64,000 bases of DNA, from contig JBCBUK010000004.1 in the NCBI GenBank assembly GCA_039818205.1, positions 232,302-296,301 on the forward strand, written 5' to 3'. Below the pieces are notes generated by a model, which made no database searches, was not told the DNA's origin, and worked only from the letters and a program-made list of their open reading frames with translations. A program made the translations under genes and the position numbers. Shown here in pieces: positions 38,880 through 47,286 of the stretch (positions within the stretch are counted from its first letter, which is position 1; every line of letters begins with the position of its first letter). Origin of the DNA: Verrucomicrobiota bacterium. Lineage in GTDB: Bacteria; Verrucomicrobiota; Verrucomicrobiia; Opitutales; Cerasicoccaceae.

Positions 38880-38917
38880 TCTAGCTTCGATGAGTGCATA
38901 AAATGCGACAAGAATGC

Positions 38918-38947
38918 TTGTGCGCGTGTGATTGGCTCGGCTAGATT
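38918..38947 (+). promoter_or_regulatory. opcA promoter, leaderless geometry
   Basis: TTGTGC-18 nt-TAGATT-6 nt-ATG. Confidence 0.5.
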
Positions 38948-38953
38948 ATTGGC

Positions 38954-39958
38954 ATGACCACCTCCGAGCCACAGACTATTTTTGATGCATTGCCTGGGCA
39001 GTTGATGCCCGTTTCTCAAGTATCGCCCACGCTTTCCCAGATGTGGAACGTGGCCTTCGAATCAGGTCGTGACGCGCCGAGTGAGTTTCGCGCGTCGCAA
39101 ATGAACGTCATCTTGCATTTTGGCCTAAAAACCTCACCCGAGGAAGCGGCCCGGCGATTTGAAACGGTCATTGCATTCGCGCAGAAATACCCTTGCCGGA
39201 TCGTGGTCCTGTGCCCCATGGGGCGAGAGCGTAGTGATCGCTTGCTCGAGGGTAAGATTTTCAGCCAGTGCTACATTGGTGAATCGATGCGTGATATGTG
39301 CTGCTGTGAGGCGGTCATCTTGGGATACCCGACGCGCGAAGCCGGCTTCCTCAGCAGCCAGGTTTCCATTTGGCTCGAAAACGACCTACCGACCTATCAT
39401 TGGTTCAACCGCATACCCTCGCAGCGTATTTCGGATTTGCATATGGAGTTCGTGAAGCGCTGCCGGCGCGTCATCTATGATTCCTCGATTGAGTTGGAGG
39501 ACGGCAATGATCTTTCGACGATCGATTGGCCGCGTCCAGAGAGTGTGGTTGATGTCGCTTGGGCGCGTTTGCTACCCGTGCGTCAGTCGTTGGGGCAGTT
39601 TTTGAGCTCGTATGAGCCTGCAAGCTTGGTCGATGGGCTGACTAAGGTCGTAGCCAAGGGTAGGAAAGGGATGGAAGGCGAGGCAAAGAATCTACTTCGC
39701 TGGTGCCGCGCTTGCCTTCAAGAATGCTCGAGTGAGGAGCTGTCCGTCGAATTCGTCGAGATGGAATGTGATGGCGACAATTGCCTGGAGCTTGAGTGGA
39801 CATACTCCGACAGCCGCCACCTGTTGTGGACGCACCAAATGGAGCGCGCGGGTGCGAATCTGACGGCCGATTTTGGTGCCGGGCGCCTGAGCGTGCCAAT
39901 GCAGGTTGAGTTGATGGGCGGGGAAAAGGCGCTCGCGGAAGCATTATTCTTCGCGTAA
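38954..39958 (+). CDS. opcA: Glucose-6-phosphate dehydrogenase assembly protein OpcA
   Basis: YPCRIVVL, CCEAVIL, DLPTYHW, RRVIYDS, DVAWARL; lies between zwf and pgl. Confidence 0.85.
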   Translation: MTTSEPQTIFDALPGQLMPVSQVSPTLSQMWNVAFESGRDAPSEFRASQMNVILHFGLKTSPEEAARRFETVIAFAQKYPCRIVVLCPMGRERSDRLLEGKIFSQCYIGESMRDMCCCEAVILGYPTREAGFLSSQVSIWLENDLPTYHWFNRIPSQRISDLHMEFVKRCRRVIYDSSIELEDGNDLSTIDWPRPESVVDVAWARLLPVRQSLGQFLSSYEPASLVDGLTKVVAKGRKGMEGEAKNLLRWCRACLQECSSEELSVEFVEMECDGDNCLELEWTYSDSRHLLWTHQMERAGANLTADFGAGRLSVPMQVELMGGEKALAEALFFA

Positions 39959-40068
39959 ACAGGATTGCCTTTTTCGGGCGAGTCTCCCGAATGTTACGCC
40001 ATCAAGTTATATATAATCAACGACTTGCTACTCCTTAGTCGACAATCGCTTTAATTCTCTATCCTGCT

Positions 40069-40809
40069 ATGAAATCTTTTGAATCCCCACTCGGCCAGGT
40101 CCATGTGTTGGCCAAAGAAGCCATTTTTCTGGAAACGATGCGCCTGATCAAAAATGCGCACAAGGAGAATCCAGAAGAAGTAATCGTTGGATTGACGGGT
40201 GGTTCGACGCCAAAGGCGTTTTACAAGTGGGCCGCCGAGCATAAGGCGCTTTCGGCCGAGTTGCGCGATGGCATCATCTGGTCAACTAGCGACGAGCGCT
40301 GCGTGCCGCTTGAGAGCGATGACAGCAATTTCGGCCACGCCGATCGTGGAATGCTCGTCCCGCTCGAGGTTCCAGCCGAGAACAAGTTTCCGTGGCCGGT
40401 CGAGTTAGACCCCGAAGCTTGCGCCGATGAGTTCAACCACCGCTGGAACGATCGCTTTGGGCCAAATCGCGGTTTTGATATCTGTTTCCTGGGAATGGGA
40501 GACGATAGCCACACGGCATCGCTTTTTCCGCATTGTCCGTTGATTGGGACTCACCATCACGAGAATTTTGCTGCGACCAATTGGCCGGAGCGCGGGTGGC
40601 GTGTAACGATTACGCCAGAGGGATTTTCTCGCTGTAAACTGATTGTTGTCTGCGTAACCGGTGCGGGCAAGACGGAGGCGCTGCGCGACTCGTTCCACGG
40701 CGAGTTTAACCCAATGGAGAAACCGGTTCAGTTGCTCAAGGCACATGCCCACAAAACCATCTGGCTCCTCGACCCGCCAGCGGCAGAGGGCTTGGATGGC
40801 CAATCTTAA
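40069..40809 (+). CDS. pgl: 6-phosphogluconolactonase
   Basis: LTGGSTP, DERCVP..SDDSN, LGMGDDSHTASLFP, RVT. Confidence 0.93.
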   Translation: MKSFESPLGQVHVLAKEAIFLETMRLIKNAHKENPEEVIVGLTGGSTPKAFYKWAAEHKALSAELRDGIIWSTSDERCVPLESDDSNFGHADRGMLVPLEVPAENKFPWPVELDPEACADEFNHRWNDRFGPNRGFDICFLGMGDDSHTASLFPHCPLIGTHHHENFAATNWPERGWRVTITPEGFSRCKLIVVCVTGAGKTEALRDSFHGEFNPMEKPVQLLKAHAHKTIWLLDPPAAEGLDGQS

Positions 40810-40834
40810 AGCGTTTGCTGAATAGCCAAGTCAG

Positions 40835-43039
40835 CTACCCGAACACTTCTTGCAATTTCACTCCGAGGCCGGTGAGTCGGCGGAGGCTTTCCACGTTGCG
40901 TACGGCCATTGAGTAGGCGGCGGGATCGCCGACTAGAATGACCTTTTTGCGTCCTCGGGTTATCGCGGTATAGAGCAGATTACGTTGGAGCATCACGTAG
41001 TGTTGCTTGAGGAGTGGAATCAGCACGATGGGGAACTCGCTACCTTGGCTTTTGTGAATCGTGATGGCGTAGGCAAGTGAGAGGTCAAGGAGTTCGGGGC
41101 GCTCGTATTCGATTTCGTTACCGTCATAGTCGACCGCCACGGTTCCAGCCTCGACGTTGACGGCGCTGATGCAGCCAAGGTCGCCATTAAAGATGCCCTT
41201 CTCGTAGTTATTACGGGTCTGGATGACTTTGTCGTTCTGCCGGAACTTGCTGTTCCCGTAGATGACGCCGCGACTCTCCGCATTGAGGGCGGCCGGTAAA
41301 TCCTCGTTGATGCGCGCGACTCCGCTGGCCCCCTTGTGCATGGGGGCCAGCACTTGGATATCCATTAGGCGGTTGGCCCAATCATACCAGCGTGGCAGGT
41401 GCTCTTTCCACAGATTGGTTATCTGGCGAACGGTGTCCTCGGGATCCGTCGTTTGAAGAAAGTGAAGGTCCTGAGCCGGGTCGATATCGGCAATGCGATT
41501 GACAATGAACGGGGCTTGCGCGCGATTGTTCATGATCGCATGAGCTGTCGTGACGATTGCCGAGCGGGCGCCTTGGCGGAAGATCTTGCCCAGGCGGGTT
41601 ACGGCCATGGCCGAGCTGGGTTTTCCCTCGATAAACTCAATGATGTCGCTGAGCACCGCACCAGCTCCTACCGACGGTAGTTGGTGGATGTCGCCAACGA
41701 GCAGGAGATGTGCGTTCGCTGGTAGGGCTCGGAGTAGCGCGGCCGCCAGCCGTGAATCGAGCATAGAGGACTCGTCAACGATCATGAACTCCGTTTTCAG
41801 CGGATTGTCATCAGTGTGGACGAAGCCGCCCGCCTGCGCGTCAAATTTTAGCAGTCGATGGATGGTCTGCGCATGAGCTCCCGTGCTCTCGGCCATGCGT
41901 GCAGCGGCGCGTCCCGTGGGGGATGCGAGGGTGAGCTTTACTTTCTTAGCCCGAAGAATGTCAACAAGCGCGCGTAGGATTGTGGTTTTGCCAGTTCCTG
42001 GACCACCGGTCAAAATGCTTACTTTGCATCGCAAAGCAGCTTTAACGGCTTCGGTTTGCTCGCTGGCAAAAGTAAAGCCTGCGCGCTCTTCAGCCCATTC
42101 GACTGCCTTGTCGATTTTGATAGGGGGCAGGGCGGATTGGCCTTCGGCGAGATCGGCGATCGCCTGCGCGATGCCAACTTCTGAGCGGCGGAGAACGGGG
42201 AGCTGAATGAAGGCTTCGCCTTCGCGAGTTGTTTCTTTGACAAGGAATGAGCCAGCGACCAACGAGTCGATGCGCGTGGGAATCAGGTCCTCGCCGACTT
42301 CAAGCATCTCGGCTGATTTCTTGAGAAGGTCGCTGGCTGGATAACCGGTATGGCCTTCGGTTTCCAGTTCTTGAAGCGCGAATTGGATGCCAGCGTCGAT
42401 GCGCTGGGGGCTTTCGTTGGAGAAGCCCAAATTCACGGCAATCTTATCGGCGGTTTTGAAACCAATGCCCGGGACTTCGCGGGCAACACGGTAGGGTTCG
42501 TTTTGTAGAATTGTTTTCGCGGCGTTGCCGTATTGGCGGATCAGCCGCAGGCAAAGGTTGGTGCCAACGCCATAGGTTTGCAAGAAGGTCATGACGTCCC
42601 GGAGGGACACTTGTTCGTCCCAGGCTTTCTTGATTTCCTTTGCCCGCATCGGTCCGACGCCTGGGATTTCACGGAGCCGTCCGGATTCTTCCGAGATTAC
42701 CCGCAGGGTGTCGGCACCGAATTTGCCGACGATTTTGTCCGCAAACTTTGGCCCAACTTTCGGAATTAGTCCACTGCCCAGATACTTGCGAATGCCATGG
42801 ACCGAAGCAGGGAGCTCAGAGCTAAATGAAGCAATTTTGAATTGCGGCCCATGGGTGGCATGTCGCGTCCACTCTCCATTGAGCTTAAGCGTTTCGCCAC
42901 ATTGCACGCCGGGTAGGTTGCCAACCACGGTGACGCCTTGACCGCGCTGTCCTTCGACCTTCAACTCGCCAATCGTATAGTGGTTTTCCTCATTGTGGAA
43001 AACGATGCGATCGAGCACGCCGGTTATTTCATCAGCCAT
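40835..43039 (-). CDS. recD2: RecD2-like ATP-dependent DNA helicase
   Basis: N-terminal OB/HhH domains, GGPGTGKT, PTGRAA, TIHRLL, DESSM, GDIHQLPSVG, TIHKSQGSE, LLYTAITR. Confidence 0.95.
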   Translation of the reverse strand: MADEITGVLDRIVFHNEENHYTIGELKVEGQRGQGVTVVGNLPGVQCGETLKLNGEWTRHATHGPQFKIASFSSELPASVHGIRKYLGSGLIPKVGPKFADKIVGKFGADTLRVISEESGRLREIPGVGPMRAKEIKKAWDEQVSLRDVMTFLQTYGVGTNLCLRLIRQYGNAAKTILQNEPYRVAREVPGIGFKTADKIAVNLGFSNESPQRIDAGIQFALQELETEGHTGYPASDLLKKSAEMLEVGEDLIPTRIDSLVAGSFLVKETTREGEAFIQLPVLRRSEVGIAQAIADLAEGQSALPPIKIDKAVEWAEERAGFTFASEQTEAVKAALRCKVSILTGGPGTGKTTILRALVDILRAKKVKLTLASPTGRAAARMAESTGAHAQTIHRLLKFDAQAGGFVHTDDNPLKTEFMIVDESSMLDSRLAAALLRALPANAHLLLVGDIHQLPSVGAGAVLSDIIEFIEGKPSSAMAVTRLGKIFRQGARSAIVTTAHAIMNNRAQAPFIVNRIADIDPAQDLHFLQTTDPEDTVRQITNLWKEHLPRWYDWANRLMDIQVLAPMHKGASGVARINEDLPAALNAESRGVIYGNSKFRQNDKVIQTRNNYEKGIFNGDLGCISAVNVEAGTVAVDYDGNEIEYERPELLDLSLAYAITIHKSQGSEFPIVLIPLLKQHYVMLQRNLLYTAITRGRKKVILVGDPAAYSMAVRNVESLRRLTGLGVKLQEVFG

Positions 43040-43111
43040 AGAAAGACGTTAGGGTTAAATGGCGGCGGGAAAACCTAAAACTTGATCATCTCGAACGAAG
43101 GACTTTCATGA

Positions 43112-44257
43112 CTAATAGCGGGCCATGTCAGAATCGATCTCTAGCGCCCAGGCGTCGATGCCACCCATGATGCTAAAGCTCTGTTCGACTCCCTTGGCTC
43201 GCAGAAACTCAGTTGCGCGCAGGCTGCGCATGCCATGGTGACAATAGACGAGCAGGGGGCGGTCGGCCTCGATTTCTTCCCACCGCTGCGGCAACTCACC
43301 CAAAGGGATCACCTGGGCGCCCGGTATTTTGGCCACGGCGACTTCGAAGTCCTCACGGACATCTAGGAGTGCCGGTTTGTTATCTGAGCTCAATTGTTCG
43401 TGAGCTTGTTTTACGGTGATTTCCATAGTGTTTTCGTTTGGCTGAGCCTCATTGGGGTCGCAAGACCATACATAATTCTCCGGTTGAATCGTGGTGATCT
43501 GAGGCGAATCACCGCAGAGGGGACATTGCGGATCCCGCTTTAGTTTTAGCGTGCGATGGCGTTGAGCCAGCGAATCGACCACCAAGAGCCGCCCCTGCAA
43601 ACGCTCACCAATGCCGACAATCGATTTAACAGCCTCCATCGCCTGATAGCTGCCAATAACGCCGCAAAGTGCACCAAATACACCCGCCTGTTCACAATTG
43701 GGAACCGTGCCGGGCTCTGGGATCTGTGGAAACAGGCAGCGATAGCAGGGGCCACCGGAGTTTGCGTCGAAAAGTGACACTTGGCCTTCAAATTGAAAGA
43801 CGCTTCCATAAACCAACGGTTTTTTTGCCAAGTAGGCGGCATCATTGACCAAATAGCGGGTCGGAAAATTATCGGATCCGTCCACAACGATATCGTAGCG
43901 CTTGATCAAGTCGATGGCATTGTCCTGGGTGATGCCCGATTCAATTCGCTCCAAGGTGATGTCCGAACTAATCGCGCGCAGCGATTCGATGCCTGAATCG
44001 AGTTTTGATCTACCCGAATCGGCATCACCATGCAGGATCTGGCGCTGTAGGTTGTGGGGCTCGACCTGATCGAAATCCGCTAAGCCCAACGTGCCAACAC
44101 CGGCGGCAGCCAGGTAAAGCGCGACCGGGCTGCCGAGACCACCGAGTCCAATAACGAGGACACGGGCTTCGGCTAGTGTCTCCTGGCCTTCGAGGCCAAC
44201 TTGTGGGAGTCGAATGTGGCGAGAATATCGAGCGATACTTTCGGGGGAAAGTGACAT
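43112..44257 (-). CDS. moeB: MoeB/MoeZ adenylyltransferase fused to a rhodanese domain
   Basis: RYSRH, GLGGLG, NLQRQ, CYRC and CPLC, C-terminal YCHHGMRS; start reset to ATG 44257. Confidence 0.9.
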   Translation of the reverse strand: MSLSPESIARYSRHIRLPQVGLEGQETLAEARVLVIGLGGLGSPVALYLAAAGVGTLGLADFDQVEPHNLQRQILHGDADSGRSKLDSGIESLRAISSDITLERIESGITQDNAIDLIKRYDIVVDGSDNFPTRYLVNDAAYLAKKPLVYGSVFQFEGQVSLFDANSGGPCYRCLFPQIPEPGTVPNCEQAGVFGALCGVIGSYQAMEAVKSIVGIGERLQGRLLVVDSLAQRHRTLKLKRDPQCPLCGDSPQITTIQPENYVWSCDPNEAQPNENTMEITVKQAHEQLSSDNKPALLDVREDFEVAVAKIPGAQVIPLGELPQRWEEIEADRPLLVYCHHGMRSLRATEFLRAKGVEQSFSIMGGIDAWALEIDSDMARY

Positions 44258-44416
44258 CCCCGCAATCAAGCACGCCACAATCGTTTTGAAAAGCGATAAT
44301 CGGCGTTTTGTTCGTTGGACCTTGCGCGCGGGCGGCAGATCAATCGGTTGGTCTCGATGTGAAATATTTAGTTCAGAAAAGATTGAATTAGCGTTCCGGC
44401 TCACCATTCTCGCGGG

Positions 44417-45508
44417 ATGCCTCAGAAATTTGTCGTGATCATGGCTGGCGGACGCGGTGAGCGTTTCTGGCCCCAAAGTCGCTTACGCAAGCCGAAGCAC
44501 CTCTTGCCGATTGTCGGTGAAGAGCCGATGTTGACGCAGACGGTCAAGCGGTTGGAAGGCTTGGTGGCCCCAGAGCAAGTGTTGATTATCACGAACGCCG
44601 AGCAGCGTGACGCTGTTCTGGAGGTGTGCCCAATGCTTCCGCCAGAGAACGTGATTGCTGAACCAATCGGTCGGGACACCGCACCCGCGGTGGGTCTAGC
44701 GATGGAGATTGTCCGCTCCCGCGACCCAGAGGGTGTGTTCGCGATGCTACCAGCGGACCATGTGATTCATGACGCCGCGGGCTTCCGTCGCGTATTGTCG
44801 GCTGCCTTTGACGCCGCCACACAAGAAGCGGTTCTGGTGACCATTGGGATTGAGCCTGACTGCCCGGCTACTGGCTTTGGATACATCCACAAAGGGGAGC
44901 AGTATACCGAGATCGAGAATCTGCCGTTGTTCCGCGTTCAGGGATTTGTGGAGAAGCCGGACCTCGAGACCGCGAAGTCTTACCTGGATTCGGGCGAGTA
45001 TTTTTGGAATGCGGGCATGTTTGTCTGGACGGTGGGCACGGTTGATGCCGCATTTGCCCAGCACGTTCCTGGTTTGCATGCCGCTCTTGGCGAAATCGGC
45101 AAAGCCTTGGCTGCGAACGAAGACATTGCTTCCGTTCTGGAACGCGAGTACCCGCAGCTGGAAAAAATCAGCGTGGACTACGCTCTAATGGAAAAGGCGG
45201 ACAACGTCGTTACGTTGCCATCAGCCTTTGATTGGGATGATGTCGGCGCCTGGCCCGCAATCGCGAATCACCACGAAAAAGACGACAGCGAGAACGTCGT
45301 TAAGGGCGCCGGTTGGGTTGAGATGGGTAGTGGCAACATTGTCCTCTCCGAAAACGACGGTCACCTGCTGGCGCTTGTGGGCGTTGATAATTTGATTGTT
45401 GTCCGCACCGAGGATGCGACTTTGGTCTGCCCGAAAGACCGAGCGCAGGACATCAAGAAGCTCGTCAAGAATCTCGCTGACCACGACGATTGGAAGAAGT
45501 TGATGTAA
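44417..45508 (+). CDS. manC: Mannose-1-phosphate guanylyltransferase
   Basis: MAGGRGERFWPQSR..KPK, EPIGRDTAPA, PADH, FVEKP, WNAGMF, WDDVG. Confidence 0.93.
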   Translation: MPQKFVVIMAGGRGERFWPQSRLRKPKHLLPIVGEEPMLTQTVKRLEGLVAPEQVLIITNAEQRDAVLEVCPMLPPENVIAEPIGRDTAPAVGLAMEIVRSRDPEGVFAMLPADHVIHDAAGFRRVLSAAFDAATQEAVLVTIGIEPDCPATGFGYIHKGEQYTEIENLPLFRVQGFVEKPDLETAKSYLDSGEYFWNAGMFVWTVGTVDAAFAQHVPGLHAALGEIGKALAANEDIASVLEREYPQLEKISVDYALMEKADNVVTLPSAFDWDDVGAWPAIANHHEKDDSENVVKGAGWVEMGSGNIVLSENDGHLLALVGVDNLIVVRTEDATLVCPKDRAQDIKKLVKNLADHDDWKKLM

Positions 45509-45548
45509 CCGTGGCGTTGCTGATCCGCGCTGCCACCGATCACTGACC

Positions 45549-46025
45549 ATGAATTATCTTGGAATTGACTATGGTGAAAAGCGTATTGGCCTTGCGACTG
45601 GCGATGACGAAGTGAGGCTTGCCGCGCCCATCCCTGCTGCGGTTCAGCCAACATCAGACGCACGCTTTGAGCAGATCTCTGAGGAGATCAAACGGCGTCG
45701 AATAGGCGCCTTGGTCGTTGGCTATCCTTACAACATGGATGGCACGATTGGGTTTAAAGCGAAGGAGGTTGACGGTTTTATTGCCGAGCTTGAAAAACGG
45801 TTTGCCCTGCCGATACACCGAACAGATGAGCGTTTGACCTCGCAGGTTGCTGAATCCCAAATGGCGGAAACGCGACGCGGCAAATCGCGTTCCAAACAAT
45901 CGATCAAGGCGAAGCAGCAGGAGCGGCGTAGCGGCAATCTAGATTCCCGGGCGGCCGCATTGATCCTCCAAGACTATTTGGATGGCGGTGTTGTTCCGTT
46001 GTATCCAGACCCAGACGACGCATGA
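45549..46025 (+). CDS. ruvX: YqgF/RuvX family nuclease
   Basis: LGIDYGEKRIGLA, VVGYP, DERLTS, DSRAAALILQ. Confidence 0.93.
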   Translation: MNYLGIDYGEKRIGLATGDDEVRLAAPIPAAVQPTSDARFEQISEEIKRRRIGALVVGYPYNMDGTIGFKAKEVDGFIAELEKRFALPIHRTDERLTSQVAESQMAETRRGKSRSKQSIKAKQQERRSGNLDSRAAALILQDYLDGGVVPLYPDPDDA

Positions 46026-46759
46026 AGTGGAAATGCACCTGCGCCTATGATGGATCAACCCTGAACGGTTGGCAGAGCCAGCCCGTCGGGAACACAGTTC
46101 AGGACTTTATCGAGGCCCGGCTGCAGGTGATTTTTCAACGAGCGATTCGCATCCATGGCAGTGGCCGGACGGATTCTGGCGTCCATGCCAAAGCGCAAAC
46201 ATTTCATTTTGAAGCGGATTGGAGTCATGGCGCCGACAAGTTGGAGCGGGCATTTCGCAGCGGGCTTCCCGCTGCAATCCAGGTGTATAAAGTGGTTCGG
46301 GCTTCGGATGATTTTCATGCCCGTTTTTCCGCAACGGGGAAGCGGTATGTGTATCGATTTTATGAAGGTTGGGCGCGCCCGTGGGACACTCGCTATTGTT
46401 GGGATCTCGGGCGTCGGCGTTTGGACGTCGACCGCATGAATGAAGCGGCGGACCGTTTGCTGGGCCACCGCGATTTCACGGCCTTTGGTGCAAACCGCGG
46501 CGATGGCTCGGAAGACAATCCCGTGAAAGATATGCGCGTGCTCCGGGTGACTCGTAATGGCCGCAAACTCACGATGACCACTGAAGCAAGCGGCTACCTC
46601 TACAAAATGGTGCGCAGTTTGGCAGGAACGCTGGTTGATGTCGGTTTGGGCAAGCTAAGCCCCGATGACGTTGCTGAGATTCTAGAGTCTCGGGTGCGCG
46701 CTAATTCCGTGTCGACGGCCCCGGCCAAGGGCTTGTGGCTTGAACGGGTGTATTACTAA
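46022..46759 (+). CDS. truA: tRNA pseudouridine(38-40) synthase
   Basis: AYDGS, GWQ, GRTDSGVHA, FHARF, YLYKMVR, APAKGL. Confidence 0.96.
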   Translation: MKWKCTCAYDGSTLNGWQSQPVGNTVQDFIEARLQVIFQRAIRIHGSGRTDSGVHAKAQTFHFEADWSHGADKLERAFRSGLPAAIQVYKVVRASDDFHARFSATGKRYVYRFYEGWARPWDTRYCWDLGRRRLDVDRMNEAADRLLGHRDFTAFGANRGDGSEDNPVKDMRVLRVTRNGRKLTMTTEASGYLYKMVRSLAGTLVDVGLGKLSPDDVAEILESRVRANSVSTAPAKGLWLERVYY

Positions 46760-46811
46760 TCGCTGATTCGCGGTAACGAAAAGGGATGATAATCAAGGCA
46801 GTTTCTTATAA

Positions 46812-46840
46812 TTGCTGGAGGTTTCAAAGCCAGTTAAACT
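46812..46840 (+). promoter_or_regulatory. Sigma70-like promoter, leaderless geometry
   Basis: TTGCTG-17 nt-TAAACT-6 nt-ATG (46847). Confidence 0.6.
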
Positions 46841-46846
46841 AATCGC

Positions 46847-47230
46847 ATGAACAAGCTCAGTGTGCCATTTAAAATTAAGGATGTGTTTCATGGATTCGCG
46901 GAATCCAACGGCATCCTTCGGTTGGAAGACGACGTCCTAGCTATTGAGTTTCAAACAAAAGACAACCTGGTTGGGGCGATCCAGTCCGAGGTGAAGAATA
47001 TCCGGCTATCAGTTTGCGATATAGAATCGGTCGATTTTCGAAAAAGCATCTTAGGCAACTCGTTGACGATTCGCTTGTCGACGATGGAACTGTCCCATCA
47101 GGTTCCCAATCAGGAGTCGGGTGAAATTACAGTATCGATTGACCGGCGCAATGTAGAAGCCGCCCTGGATTTTGTTTCTCGAGTCAAACTTGAGGTTGCA
47201 GATCAGCGGCTCAGGGACGTAAATATATAG
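46847..47230 (+). CDS. Hypothetical protein (small, beta-rich, possibly PH-like)
   Basis: 127-aa ORF with its own promoter; SVPFKI..FHGFAESNGIL; no function recognised. Confidence 0.65.
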   Translation: MNKLSVPFKIKDVFHGFAESNGILRLEDDVLAIEFQTKDNLVGAIQSEVKNIRLSVCDIESVDFRKSILGNSLTIRLSTMELSHQVPNQESGEITVSIDRRNVEAALDFVSRVKLEVADQRLRDVNI

Positions 47231-47286
47231 CGTGTGCGGGCAACTTGGATGGTCGCACGTCAGCTACGGCTGGGGTCGACTTCCAT

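Noticed and set aside
29924..43039. dinG, yraN, PP2C and recD2 as an anti-phage defence island
   Set aside because: Each is an ordinary-length housekeeping-type gene interspersed with metabolic genes; no defence-specific partners or mobile-element signs
43083..43097. TGATC-N5-GAACG upstream of recD2 as an SOS box
   Set aside because: Two mismatches and wrong spacer length; not distinguishable from chance
44258..44476. 73-aa N-terminal extension of MoeB given in the track
   Set aside because: Overlaps the divergent manC start and promoter; homology begins at MSLSPESIARYSRH (44257)
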